From Octopus sinensis (lineage: Eukaryota), in the NCBI RefSeq assembly GCF_006345805.1, contig NC_043019.1, positions 28,953,360 to 29,017,359 on the forward strand: a DNA stretch of 64,000 bases, written 5' to 3'. How positions within the stretch are numbered: position 1 is the stretch's first letter; every line of letters starts with the position of its first letter. Shown here one piece after another: positions 50,547 through 64,000 of the stretch. Below the pieces are notes generated by a model. The model made no database searches. It was not told where the DNA came from and worked only from the letters and a program-made list of their open reading frames with translations. The position numbers were made by a program, and so were the translations under genes.

Positions 50547-51206
50547 ATGTCAGCGAAATTGCTGATGAATCAAATGCTGTTGACTGCAAAGTAGTGAAGC
50601 TTAAATTTAGCTAAATCAGCAAGACAGAGTCAGTCAGTCATAATAACAGAGAGACCAGATCTGGGAGCAGTGGAGGCAGCAGAACTGAGAAGAGTATGCA
50701 GTCATACATTTCTGTGAGGCTGTATTTAACAACATAGACAAACACAGGTAAATAAAATACCATACAGTTTAAGATCTTGATTTATTAAAATTATCTCTGC
50801 CTCTGGAGGATGTATAATAATTACAAAATAGCAATTAAAGCTAGTTCCACTAGAAAAGGAAGATAATCTCAAGAATCAAGAATTCTTAAAATTGACAAAC
50901 TATAAAAGACAGGCTTATTGTTGGACAGTTGAGGACATGTTTCAGGCTCAATAGTCATCATCAGTTTGACAAATGTCCAATTTTATCTCCAGTGGCCAAG
51001 GGACTTAGACAAATACAAGAGTAGAACTCATTTATGGCTTAGGTGATTTGCATAATTTCGGACCTACAAAATATGAAGAGTCTGTAACATGAATGACCTA
51101 AGTCCTACAAATTTAAGAATTATATACACTATGGTAACTGACACTTGCATTCAATCACAAATTCTCTTTCTCCTGTCTACACATAATTACAGAACCTGCT
51201 CAACTA

Positions 51207-51604
51207 GGCGTACGAGTGGATGTGTGGTAAGTAGCTTGCTTACCAACCACATGGTTCCGGGTTCAGACTCATTGCGTGGCACCTTGGGCAAGTGTCTTCT
51301 ACTATAGCTTTGGGCCGACCAAAGCCTTGTAAGTGGATTTGGTAGACGGAAACTGAAAGAAGCCCATCATATATATGTATATATATATGTGTGTGTGTGT
51401 TTGTGTTTGTCCCCCCCAACATCGCTTGACATCCGATGCTGGTGTGTTTACATCCCCATAACTTAGCGGTTCGGCAAAAGATACCAATAGAATAAGTACT
51501 AGGCTTACAAAGAATAATTCCTGGGGATTCGAATTGCTTGACTAAAGGCAGTGCTCCAGCATGACCGCAGTCAAATGACTGAAACCAGTAAAAGGGTAAA
51601 AAGG
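51207..51604 (+). mobile_element. SINE A
   Basis: Full-length match to family A. Confidence 0.9.
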
Positions 51605-53173
51605 TATTCATTTCATTTCATACGTTAAATTGGTGAAGTTGAACATCACATACGCCAATGAGCTTCAGTGCAGTTTTCTGCCTACCGAATTTCACATACA
51701 CTGGTTAAATTAAGGCTGTAGCAGAAGACGTTTACACAAGGTGTCATGCATTGGGAGCGAACCTGAAACTGGGTGGCTGAAGGCAAACTTTTTAACCAAA
51801 CAGCCATGCCTGCACCTATATATATATCTTCTATGCAAGTAACTCAGTAGTGATAAACAGAGAAATAAATTGTTGATATCGACAAAGATAAAGTTTCTGG
51901 AATAATGACATTTTGACCATTTCCTTCAGAAGACTGACCAAAGATGATCAATATAATCTACCTGCTTCTTCATTGGCCTGTCTGACTGTGCCATAAAAGC
52001 TCCCTTCACACTTTCACATTAGCACTCTTAACCTTCTCTCTCCTTTTCTTCTGCTGTTTCTTACTCTTCTCTTAACGATTTCTCTTTTCATTGTCTTTGT
52101 TTTCCTCTATTCTTGTCTCTATTTCTTTACCCCTTCAATTTCACTTTCTCCTCTATCTCTTTTTTCACCTCTTTCTCTCTCTCTCTCTCTCTTCAACCCC
52201 TTTCCCTTATATTTCTCTTTATCTCCCCCCACCACCATCTCTCATGCTCCTTGACCCCATTACATCAAATCTGTGTTCCTTTGTCCAACAATAAATAACC
52301 TGTCTTTCATCTTTAGTCATTTCAAAAATTCACTGCTAAAATAACCATTTGTTATTCTCTAAATTTCAAAACCCAAAACTTTCTGCCATAAAAGTCAGCC
52401 TGCATCATTTGTCTCTCAATAAAGAACTTGTCCAAATCAACCAAGACAACAGACAAAATATGTGACCCTGCACCATAATTTATACATAATCACTTTGCCT
52501 TGTCCAATACAAGCCAGAGTAAGGTAAGGTACCTATGTACATGATTAGTCTACCTGTTAAAATTAGTAGCAAAATTTCACTTAAATTTCATACCACACTG
52601 TCTTAGAAAAGGAAAGGAAGTTTTGGATATATTTAGTTTGAAAAATATAACACATGATGGTCATAGCTTGGACATTTTTAATCATTAGTCTTCTTCGTCA
52701 GAAAAGAGATTTTAGTAACAATAATGACAACCTGTTCAATATAAGATAGTTCTAGCTGGTCATTCAATATGCTAAAAATAGCAGACAAATCTCACTCTCT
52801 TTCTCTTGAATCACATCCTACCATCTTAAAAATGACAACGCATATCTAATAATATGGAAGTGAAATATATTAAGTTTTAAAAAGAAAAGAAAAAGATAAA
52901 ATTGGAAAACAAGAACACCTTTGACTATAAGTTTGTTCAGCTGAAGCTGACAGTCAAAGCGAAACAACAATAGCAAGAAAGAATTATGAAGGATTATCCA
53001 AATCATTCATGGGCAACTGTAACTTGTGGAACTTTCTGAATGGCTCACCTGATGATCAGCCGTGTCTCATGTGACCTGATTCTCAAAAAAAGTTTACCAA
53101 TGCCTGATACAAATGATTGTTTGATTTGACAGAAGTAGCAGCTGAATCTCCTTCAAGTCACATTCTACTTTAA

Positions 53174-53395
53174 CCCTTTAGCAATTAAACCGGCCATATC
53201 CGGCCAAAAGTATTCTGCCTGTTTTATGTTCAAACTGGCCAGATCTGGTCTCTCACACCAACCCTACAATATCGTTTTAAAAATTAACTACTACCTCATC
53301 AAAATCTCATAGCTACAAGATAATGCATGATTAGTTCAAAACAATGTGGATAAAAAAAGCATTAATTTTGGCAGAATAATGCGAACACTAAAGGG
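53174..53395. mobile_element. piggyBac-like MITE
   Basis: TTAA|ccctttag ... ctaaaggg|TTAA. Confidence 0.9.
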
Positions 53396-53441
53396 TTAAA
53401 AAAAAAAGGGGACATTGGATAATGTAGTCTTATATATATTA

Positions 53442-53802
53442 CTAGCAGTATTGCCCGGCGTTGCTCGGGTTTGTAAAGGAAATAACTATAAAGCATTTTT
53501 AGAGAGTTATAGCCAAAAAATGGGAAAAAAATGATGGTAAATTTTTTTTTAGTTAAAAAGGTCAATTTGCGTCCCCTAGACAGTCTGTGGTTTGTGTTTC
53601 TGATTCTCGACCCCATGTCGAATTTATCGATTTTTTTCAGAACTGGGGGAACTTTTCAAAATTTTCGCTGCGTTAGTTTTGAATTATGACATTGGGCTAT
53701 GTGTGTGTCAAGTTTCATCAGAATCGGTTGAAAGCCGTGGTCAGGGTGAGGGTACAACCTAACAGACACACAGAGACAAACTGCCGTTTATATATATAGA
53801 GA
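53442..53802 (-). mobile_element. Non-autonomous Helitron-like element
   Basis: On the minus strand it reads A|TCtctatata...cccgagcaacgccgggcaatactgCTAG|T. Confidence 0.8.
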
Positions 53803-55267
53803 TATCTGAAGAAAAAAATACAGTCATAGCCAAAGTACATTTGATTATAGGTCTACTGGATGAAGACTAACCCAGGGTTAAACAACGATAACCTGATCTT
53901 TAATCTCTGTAATCTCTGAAACAAGGATTACAAATTTCAAAATGGGAATCTTTTAAGATGAGATAAAGATAAAAAAAAAAGGAGGGATATATGGAGCAAT
54001 GCAGCAGTTGCTCAAGAGACTAGTATAGTATTTTCAAGCATACAGGTCAATATAATGTAAACATTCAAACACCATCACTTTCTTTCAAATCCTTCTGCAA
54101 TTTTACAAGGAACTTTTGGTCCTTCAAAGTTGTCTTGGCACATAAGTCAATTTGGCCCTTTTTTTTTTTTTTGCTATAAATTTTCATCTGAAAAATTCAA
54201 CTTGTATGCTGGAAAAAAAGGTAATAGCAGGTATGTTCCAACAAATTACATGCTATCACCTTAGAAGAAAAGAGACATGTTGGACAATAGAGACGAAGAT
54301 ATATATATATATATTGGAAGGTTTGGAGATGATGTACAGGTATTTTATATTAGAAGAAATGAGGTACTCAGAAATTCAGATGGTTTTATATTTACAGATA
54401 TTTATTTGTATATTACATGTTTTTATACATCATATAACTTAGATCATGTATTAGCGCTTTCTCCTATTCTAGTGGGGCTTTCAAATCGAACCAAGTTCCT
54501 GTGTGAAAAGTTTTTACCATTTTATAGTGTTATTGAGTGTGTAGTGGTGGGAGGGATATAAGACAGTACAAGAGGGTGATGGATATAGTATACAGATAAA
54601 GTTATGATCCAAGCTGTGTCCTCATGAGGCACATCTGCATATTCAAGTACTCCAAGGTATATCAGAAGGTGCTATATTTTTTATGAGAGTTCAAAATACC
54701 GGAAAATACTTTTTATTACTTTCCCTTATTTTTATTTTAAAAAACGGAAAAAAAAAAAATAATAATGATAATAATAAAAATATCAAAAGTTTCTAGTTCT
54801 GTCTCTACACGATTTTTTGATGTAATTTTTCCTGCTCTTACTTTATAATATATAATCACTCTTACTAAATGTCTAAATACCTTTAAAGTTTTAGACATTT
54901 CCCTACCAAGAGCACTTATTCGAAATTCAGTATACTGTATTCTCAGTGAATATATCTGATTAACTATATACATATATATATAATGTTCTGTTTAATCAGT
55001 ACTGACTTGGAGCAAAACAACAAATGTTACTGATTGCAGAATGGAAAAGATTTCATCATCTCAAGATAACATTTAATTGAAAGAACCTCCTCTAATTGTC
55101 TTCCAAATCAAATATTTTAATAAGTCATATTAATGCAGAGGATAACTTGCACGAACCCAGATAAATAAAACCATCAACAACCCAAACACTAATGAGATAC
55201 TTAACTGCCATAAAACTATTTCAAAAAATCTTCATCCCAAAAATAATGCTTCACACAAAAATTTTTG

Positions 55268-55640
55268 CATGGCTGTGTGGTAAGAAGCTTGCTTCCCAAA
55301 CACATAATTCTGGGTTCAGTTCTACTGCATGGCACCTTGCGCAAGTGTCTTCTACTATAGCCTCGAGCCGACCAAAGCTTTGTGAGTGGATTTGGTAGAT
55401 GGAAACTGAAAGAAGCCTGTCATATATATGTATATATTTATGTTTGTGTGTTTGTGTCTGCCCTACCTGTCATCGTTTGACAACCGATGTTTGTGTTTAT
55501 GTCCCTATAACATAGTTCAGCAAAAAGGGACCGACAGAATAAGCACCAGGCTTACAAAAAATAAATCCAGGGGTCGATTTCTTCAGCTAAAAGGCAGTGC
55601 TTCAGCATGGTCACAGTCAAATGACTGAAACAAATAAAAC
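55268..55640 (+). mobile_element. SINE A, diverged
   Basis: Collinear degenerate match to family A. Confidence 0.82.
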
Positions 55641-58455
55641 ACCTCATTTCATGTTGCTCCAGCCCACTCAGCTGGCAAAGGTGAGTAATTCTGTGACAGA
55701 CCAGCATCCCATTCAGGTGGGGGAATATGTTGGTAAGAGAATCTGGGCAAATGGCCTTACGAGACTATGGCTTGGGAAAGACCTTCGGTCCTGTTGCAAA
55801 CATTTAGGCCAACTCTTTGAGGTTTCAGGATAACTTCCTCTCTACCATCCACTACTCCTGGAGCCCATCATCCAAAAAATAAAGCATCATGTGTGCTACC
55901 CTTCCTACCCAGTACTGATAAATGAGTGAAAAATAATTAAAAAACTATAACTAGTTTAACTTCTTATGATAATAGTGTCACAGCAAGTTTCAACTAGAGA
56001 GCAAAAGTGCTGTACTTTATGGCACACATGCTGATGTAGTATATAGTATAAACATGTAGAGTTGACATTCAAACATTGTCACTGTCTTTCTAAATCTGGT
56101 TGCATTTCACATGGAGTTTTTGGTCCTCCTAAGTCACCTTAGTGTATGAGTTGACCTACCATTTTGGATTGTAAATTTTAGTCTCAAAAATACAACTAGT
56201 ATGCTGGAATATACAATAGATTCAGCTTCTGTCACCAACTTAGCTTTGTTATTATTATTATTGAAGATATTGGAAATAGAAAACAAGGGAAAAAAAAATT
56301 ACTGTATGTTTCCATGACTTCGGTTGAAGTATGGATATATGAAATATTAGCCAAACTTTTCAATGTTTAATAGCCAAAGTTGAAGAGATATGCTGACTTG
56401 ATGCTGTAAAATTCTGAAATGTCTCCAGACAGCATGATAAATTAATGAAAGAAGAAGAGGAAGAGGAGGAGGACGAAGAAGAAGAAGAAGAAAAAGAAGA
56501 AGCAGCAGCAGCATTATCAAGAAAACTTAGCAGAGTGCTTGAAAGAGCAATTGGTGGCAATATTTTCCAGTAATCCCAAGCAGTGAGTGCTGTTAAATGG
56601 CAGGTAAGCTGTGATTGAATGATCAAAGGTATTTCACCATAGGCATACCTTTCACCTTTTACTTGTTTCAGTCATTGGACAGTGACCATGCTGTGGCACC
56701 ACCTTGAAGGGTTTTAGATGAACAAACTAGCGCCAGTATTTATCTTTTAAATCTGGTACTTTCTCTCACTCTTTCTTCCCGTTTCTGTTGTACCTGTATT
56801 TCAAAGGGCCAGTATTGACACACTCTGTGCCATGCTGAATCTCCCCAAAGACTATGTTAATGGTACATGTGTCTGTGGAGTGCTCGGCCACTTGCATGTT
56901 AATTTCACAAGCAGGCTGTTCTGTTGATCGGATCAACTGGGACCCTCATCGTCGTAACTGACAGAGTGCCACGACGATGTATGCATGCATGCATGAGTGA
57001 ATAGGTGCAACTGACTCTTCAGCACCGCATGATAGTTATGAGTGTCACTGTAATGCAAGTGGAGTTCTTCATTTCCAATATTCTGTGAAACCATGTCTGC
57101 TCATCAGAAATATTACTTGGAAACAGGCGAAGGTTGGCAACAAGAGGGGCATCCAACCATTGAAAATTTATCTCAACAAATTCCACTTGGCCCTGCAAGT
57201 ATGGGAAATTGGACAATAAATTGATGATGATGATGATGGCGATGACAATGTTTCCTTCAAAATTAAAAACAAAACAAAATCATTGTACATATCAAACATT
57301 ATTGCACCCCTGCCCTTTTACTAGAACAGTAATCAACATTATCCAATGTGTCTGACTATATGCCATTCTGCTGGATGACGATATAATGTCACCAATAATA
57401 GTATTACAAAATAAGTATGGCTAATCCAGTATAGTTTATGTTTGATCAGCCATTAATTAATTAACGTTAATTAATACTTGAGTATTGAACAGATAGGAAG
57501 TGCAGAGCAACAGCAACTCCAATGCTTCGACTGACTCCATCTTTCCCACCTCCTTAGTAGATACCATCAGAATCTATGATCAATTCTAGTCTACAGACAT
57601 CAGTCACTGAATTCCATTATTGCCTTAGTCTATAGCAACAGTAACCAATGTTGTCTATACACAACACAAATACCTCTGCTAATCATACACATTCTGCCTT
57701 TTAACAATTAAAATAAGAGTTTCATTATTTGCAATCTTCCAAACAATTTCTTCCACTCTTGTTTCACACACACACTTGTGACAAATATCACCTTCTATTC
57801 TTTGCTTACTTCCATCTGTTGTAAACTACATAAAGCAACAAACTGTATTATTTGCTATGTGTCACAGCCATATGTTTTTATAACAATAGTATATCTAGTC
57901 TCACTGTCGAAGTAGACTCTGAGGATAAATCACAATGTTTCCAACAGCATAGAATGAGAATCAAATTGACAAGTTGCATCTTTTGTAAAACTCAACAGAA
58001 ATCATCCATTTCTCTCCTCCAAGGTGTCAAAATGGCACAGCATAGAAATACTTGTTAAAAATGTAAATAAAAGCAAAAAAATTGTGAGTGGTAAATGTGT
58101 TTCACTAAACAGTACAAAACTGATAACCGAGAATTAATAACTAAAGTGCCAACACAGTGTTCATCTCCATCTTGAATAAAAAAACACCAAAATTGAGATG
58201 AATACCGTTCCTCCATGTGATTGGCTTGAAAAATTGTTAAGATATTTCTCTATTTCTCTATTTTTCTTAACATGAAACCAATGGTAGCTTTGATTCACAA
58301 ATAAAGAAATTCTGTCCACCAATGCAGTGTTGAGCACTCATTTTCATCGTTGAGTATTTATATATCAATACTTCTGATGTCCCTAAGCACTATTAAACAC
58401 TAGTGAAGCACTAAACATGAACAGAGAATCAAAGCAAACCATAGAAAAACCTGAT

Positions 58456-58989
58456 ATATATATATAGGGAGAATTCACATATAAACAAAAGACAAAGACA
58501 GGTGGTGTAGACAACAAACAGATGTATTAGTATAACGCTCAGGAAGTGAAAAGTCTTTAACGTTTCGAGACTATGTTCTTCTGCAGAAAGGGACACAGAA
58601 AGAAAGAAGGAGAGAAAATAAAGAATGTGTAGTGGCTAGTGATCTATCATGGCAAATGCCAGACAGAAGGGTCACACAGGAGGGCTAGGGAGAAGGAGAG
58701 ATAATAAAGTAGTGGTGATCCCAAAACGAAGGCATGCATGCGTGTGTATAAGAGAGTTTGTATGTGCATATGGAAAAGGGCTGGTGATCTTGACACGTGT
58801 GTGTCTGTGTATGTGTAGGTGTGAAAATGTGGGTCTGGGAAGTGGTCAGTGCTGATGTGTGTGTGGTGGTGTGTCGTGATGTGATGTATTGTGTGGTATG
58901 GTGGTGTTGAGAGGTGGGAGAGGTGAGAGTGGGGAAAGTAAGGGTGGGGTGTGGGTTAGGCTGAAGGTGGGAGTAGAGGTGGTGTATGT

Positions 58990-58990
<1 letters not shown>
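58456..58990. mobile_element. Penelope-like fragment with a GT-rich extension
   Basis: First 200 bp collinear with 34355-34545. Contains the ttaacgtttcgag...ttcttc motif. Confidence 0.5.
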
Positions 58991-59029
<39 letters not shown>

Positions 59030-59479
59030 GATATATATATATATATAATATATATATATATATATAAATATATATTTAATCTTTTGTGGATGTCATAGGT
59101 AAACCACAGAGCTTTCAGCAGCTTAAGACTTATCAGGGATAGTAAACCTCTTTTCTGGTTTAACTACAGACCTTGATTTCACAGAAAGACTAAATATATA
59201 TTCAAAACACATGGATTTTACTCAATATACATATTTATTTATAACCCAGATGTTCTTTGGTACCGTAGTTATTAATACCATTAATACCTGACTATCAATC
59301 TTAATATAACTTAAGTTACGCTTCTCTTGAGTTCTGCTTATATTTTTTAAGAAGTAGGTGAAGGTGAGAACAGTGGAGTCAATCAGAGCATAGCTGGGTA
59401 GTTACGATGTCCACTTCACTATCATGTGGTCTCAGATTCAGTCCCACAGTGCAGCACCTCGGGTGAGTGTCTTCTACTA

Positions 59480-59807
59480 AAAAGGAGCACTCCGTCGGTT
59501 ACGATGATGAGGGTCCCAGCTGATACGATCAACGGAACAGCCTGCTCGTGGAATTAACGTGCGAGTGACTGAGCAATCCACAGACACGCTTACCCCTAAC
59601 GTAGTTCTCAGGGAGATTCAGCATGACACAAAGTGTGACAAGGCCAGCCCTTTGAAATACAAGTACAACTCATTTTTGCCAGCTGAGAGGACTGGAGCAA
59701 CGTGAAATAAAGTGCCTTGTTCAAGGACACAACGCGTCGCCGGTAATCGAACTCACAACCTTACAATCGTGAGCCAAATGGCCTAACCACTAAACCACGC
59801 GCCTTCA
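59480..59807 (-). mobile_element. Full-length SINE C with 12-bp TSD, inserted in an old SINE A
   Basis: TSD tgtcttctacta at 59468-59479 and 59808-59819. The family A sequence resumes after it. Confidence 0.92.
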
Positions 59808-62009
59808 TGTCTTCTACTATAGTCCTGGGCTGACCAATGCCTTGTGAGTGGAAACGGTACACAGAAAATGAGAGGAAATCTGTGTGTATGTATATGTGAG
59901 TGTGTTTGTGCATGTGTGAAGATAAGTGGTCTAATAGCTAGGAAGTTGGGCTCACAGTCGTAAGATCAAGGGTGCAATTCCTGGAACGGTTTGCACATTG
60001 TGTCCTTGAACAAGACAACTCCTTTCATGCTGTTCCATTCTACTCAGCCAAAAATGAGCACCAGCCCAGTACTGGTGCAGCCCTTTTGCACTCCAGCTGT
60101 CACATATTTCTATGTTCCTCTGGGTCAGGAGCAGGAGGGCTCAGTGGTGTCTATATCTGCTCATGGCTACATACGCACCTAAAACAATTAGGAAAAACAT
60201 GGTACAAGTCAATGCGTGTGTGTGTGTGTGTGTGTGCATGCACATATATGCATGTGCATGTATGAATGTCATTCTATGACCACATTAACACTGACTGTCT
60301 AAGCAAAAACTATAGAGTCACACCACCAGCTAGAAATAGCAACCAAAATTACCTTAAGTTATAATCAGCTAACAACAAAAAACTAAAGGGCAAATTGGAT
60401 AGTTTAATATAGACGTGGCTACCAACCAAAAAGATGAGCTAGATGGTCATGGAAGGAATGCTTTTGATCACAAATTTATGGGATATTATGCTTTTAGTTG
60501 AATGAATTAACCCCTGTACTTAAAGTCTGCTACATATTCTATTGGTCACTTTTGCCAAACTGCTTAGTTACGGATATGTAAACACATCAATACTGATTGT
60601 CAAGTAGTGGTGGAGGACAAACGCAGACACATACACACACATCATAGGGTATGCGTCCATCTCAATCCTGACAAAAGACTATTGTGACACCTGTAGGCAC
60701 CTGTGTACTTCCAGCTCTGGACTGCAAAGTCCCATGTGCTCTCATCACTGAGAACACAGACTTTGTCATTGTCAGACACTGGTGGACTACCAACCTATAC
60801 AATGGACTTCTTTCAGTTGGAGCTTTCAATGGGTAAGGGTCAGTGGACTGAAAATATCTTACTTCGAAACAGTTAAAGGTTGCCGACAGAATGAGTATCA
60901 GGCCATAGGAAATCTGTCCCAACATCTCTTCCAACACATGCCAGTATGGAAATACAAATGCAGATTTCTGGTAAGACTCAAAAAGAGTGGAACCTATATT
61001 CCATACTGCTCGAAACTACTGTGATTTAACCACAGGTCCTAATTTGACAGAAACACTAAATATATGTTTATTAAGTATACTGATAAAATTCCATAATACA
61101 TATTTATTCATAACTCACACAGTATTGATATTTTCATTATTCTTTTATAGTCAGGCCACAGATAAGAGAAATACAATATATATTTCATTGTATCTCGCTA
61201 CCCCTCTGAATAGGTCATATATAATAACATATGAACACACGATATTTTTCATTTATTCATTTCTTCATACCATTTTATAGCAAGAATGTCTTTTTTTTTC
61301 ATTGTACATTTATGGCCTGACCAATGATATTTCATAACATTTTGGAGAAAAAAAAATTATACAAGAATTTTATGATTTGATACTTTGGGGAAAAATTCCT
61401 TAGTTTTCGCATTGTTGAAAATGAAAGACTAACATAATAAAATAACTAATTGGGTCTTTGCTCTAACATGTTAACAAGAAGAAACTATATCACATATGAG
61501 GAAGCATCTACGGAGTCATACCACCAGCTAGAAATAGTAACCAAAATTCCCTCAAAACATATCCAGTCAACTAAAAACAACTAAAGGGCACATTCAATAG
61601 TTTAATATGGGTTTCAACTTTTGGCACAATGCCAGCAAGTCAATGTAAGTTGATTACATTGACTCCAGTGGTCAACTGGTACTTTGCCTTTTATCCTGAA
61701 AGGATGAAAGGCAAATTTGGCCCTGGTGGAATTTGAACTCAGAATGTAAAGATGGATGAAATGCTGCTTAGTATTTTGTTTGACATGCTAACAATTCTGC
61801 CAGTTGACCACCTTATTGGATAGTTTAATATTCACTCAGATACACAAAGAGATGAGCTACACATCCATTGCGTCCAGCCAATTCGGTTTGGCAATTTCAT
61901 CAAGGGTACAAATCTGTGGAATACTCTGCCACTTATATGTTACTTTAACAAATTGGACATTCAGTTCATCAATAAGCAACTGGTTGTCTGTTGATGAAAC
62001 CAATGAAAG

Positions 62010-62058
62010 AATTAGCGTGTATGTGTGTGCACGTGTAAGAGAGAGTGTGTGTGTTAGT

Positions 62059-62089
<31 letters not shown>

Positions 62090-62365
62090 TGTGTGTGTCA
62101 GTGACAGAGAGAGAGAGTGTGTGTGTTAGTGACAGAGAGAGAGAGAGAGAGTGTGTGTGTGTGTTAGTGACGGAGAGAGAGAGTGTGTGTGTGTGTGTGT
62201 TAGTGACAGAGAGAGAGCGTGTGTGTGTGTGTGTGTGTTTGTGTGTGGGATATAAAGAGAGAGAGAGTGTTTGTGAGCGAGAGATAGAGAGATTGAAAAA
62301 GAGAGAGAGTGCATGTGCGCATGTGTGTATGTATGTATGTGTGTGTGTGTGTATGCGTGTGCGAG
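62010..62365. repeat. (GT)n-TTAGTGACA-(GA)n compound minisatellite
   Basis: The motif gtgttagtgacagagagag recurs about 5 times with variable GT and GA lengths. Confidence 0.9.
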
Positions 62366-62789
62366 AAAAGAATTAGCTAAAAGCTGCTGAGATCAGATGT
62401 CTCACGTATAAAATATTGTTTCTTGCTAAGATATTAGCAAAAGCACTTCTCTGTTTATTGTTAATTTTACTATATTTTTAAAATTTATATTCTTTATATA
62501 TTTAACACTCTATTCCCTTTTTCTCCCCCTTTTTTAAACGTTTCTCGCATTCGTAACGTTCATGTCTCCACTATTTTAAATTTAATAAACAAGTATAAAT
62601 ATCTCCCGAACATTCTGACATCCATGAAATATTCTTGTCAGTTAAATCTTCAGCTTGCATGTCTAATGTAATTCAATAATAACCTCACTGACAATCAGTC
62701 AATCAGTGCAACTAAATTCACTCACACAAGCAGATACCCAACAAAGAACCCCTACACGGTTACTCAACCTCATTAAAAATAGTAGTCAC

Positions 62790-62869
62790 ATGTCTGTCTG
62801 TCTGTCTATCTGTCCATCTATCTGTCTATCTATCCATCCATCCATCCATCCATCTATCCATCCATCTAG

Positions 62870-62902
<33 letters not shown>

Positions 62903-62905
62903 CAT
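62790..62905. repeat. (TCTG)/(TCTA)/(TCCA)n tetranucleotide tract
   Basis: Visible tetranucleotide runs. Confidence 0.93.
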
Positions 62906-63614
62906 CTAATTTAAAACAGAGAGTTACTTACTTGTAAATAAATTGGTTAACATGTGACATCATTGACCGAGGTTACCATGGTCTTTTCCGTAGGCTTTTC
63001 TTTCCACAGAAAAACCTTATCTGTTTCCCCTTTACACTCTATATCATGATATTCCTGTGATACACGATCCCTATTGATCATTTTTTCTCTTTTATTTCCT
63101 TTTTACGATCCCTTTTGATCGAAACCCACCCCTTTTTTTTCTCCCCCAAAAGAAAAACCCTACCTTGTAATTTGTCCCGTCTGTGTTCAGCCCAGTGTGG
63201 CTAATAAAGAAACATATCTATCCATCAATCTATCTATCTATCTATCCCCTTTTCTGAAATCACATTCTCGTGTCTTAAAAGAAAAAAAGCAGGATACATT
63301 AGTTGATGTAGTCTTAGTTTAATTTACACTATGTCTGAACAAAAGATGGGATGGTCACAGCCTGAATATCTTTGATGACAAGCCTGACTGATCAGAGTAG
63401 AGCTAAACAAAAATAGAACATGCTTCTTAATCACACAGATGGATGGAGAGATGAATGAATGAGCAGGTTGTTGGATGGATCAATCTCTCTTTCCCTACCT
63501 ACCCACTTACCTATTTATAGACACACACCCACATGCATGCATGTATGGACTTTTCTGTTGTAAATGACAGACAAGGGTTCTGCATTTTCTTGCTGAACAA
63601 CATCTTGCACAGAT

Positions 63615-63800
63615 GATTGAAACAAGTAAAAGAGTAAGGCCTGGCTCTTTGAAATGCAGGCATAAACAAATCTTTGCCAGCTGAGAAGACTGAAGCAACA
63701 TGAAATAAAGTGTCTCGCTCAAGGACACAGTGCCCTGCCAGGAATCAAATTTACGATCATGAGCTGAATACCCTAACCACCAAGCTATGTGCCTTCACAA
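63615..63800 (-). mobile_element. SINE C, 5' half
   Basis: Reverse complement of the family C head. Confidence 0.8.
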
Positions 63801-63840
63801 GACAGTATATAATGTGAATCACAAGAAAGTATATAATGTG

Positions 63841-64000
63841 AAGGCAGTGAGCTGGCAGAGACGTTAGCAAGCCGGGCGAAATGCTCAGCGGTATTTCGTC
63901 TGTCGTTACGTTCTGAGTTCAAATTCCGCCAAGGTCGACTTTGCCATTCATCCTTTCGGGGTCGATAAATTAAGTACCAGTTACGCACTGGGGTCAATAT
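63841..64000 (+). mobile_element. Young SINE B, runs off the window end
   Basis: Close match to 1491-1650. Confidence 0.9.

Noticed and set aside
54737-54973. ORF ...TEFRISALGREMSKTLKVFRHLVRVII as the missing PDZ1 first-strand exon
   Set aside because: No resemblance to the conserved WExxxVTLxR strand, and the acceptor is poor.
56448-56512. (GAA/GAG)n tract reading as poly-Glu or poly-Ser
   Set aside because: A trinucleotide microsatellite without a supporting ORF or splice sites.
61804-62376. Longest ORF in the track (190 aa)
   Set aside because: Two-thirds is GA/GT microsatellite (ERER/VCVC) and the remainder has no recognisable domain.
62726-62773. ATG ORF MRLSNRVGVLCWVSAC ending at gtgagt; a similar MTLFYSKNPAYERR lies near 14.63-14.67 kb
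   Set aside because: Weak splice context and no homology. Such short ORF-donor pairs are expected by chance.

Overview
Eukaryotic, AT-rich, repeat-dense animal DNA. The tRNA-derived SINE families and the microsatellite load look like a coleoid cephalopod, most likely Octopus (inference). The whole window lies inside one minus-strand gene, the ZO-1/polychaetoid (TJP1-like) tight-junction MAGUK. I reconstructed 9 coding exons by hand. All have GT-AG sites and mutually consistent phases, and they join into one open frame of about 445 aa: PDZ1 (missing its first strand), PDZ2, a Pro/Tyr-rich linker and the first half of PDZ3. One of them is a 30-nt exon the ORF track misses. The exon encoding the PDZ1 N-terminus and the exons after PDZ3 were not found and probably lie outside the window. 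About 98% of the window is intron, holding at least four SINE-like families, non-autonomous Helitrons, piggyBac/hAT/Tigger/mariner MITEs, decayed mariner, maT/Tc1, pogo and RTE remnants, Penelope-like fragments and micro/minisatellites. Nearly all other ORFs in the track are artefacts of repeats. I found no prokaryote-type system (CRISPR etc.). The most notable oddities are a very recent duplication with an inverted templated insert (49.5-50.9 kb), the 30-nt polybasic exon, a candidate internal first exon, a SINE-born dimeric minisatellite and several inverted-repeat pairs near exons. Repeat coordinates are approximate unless a TSD or TIR is quoted.
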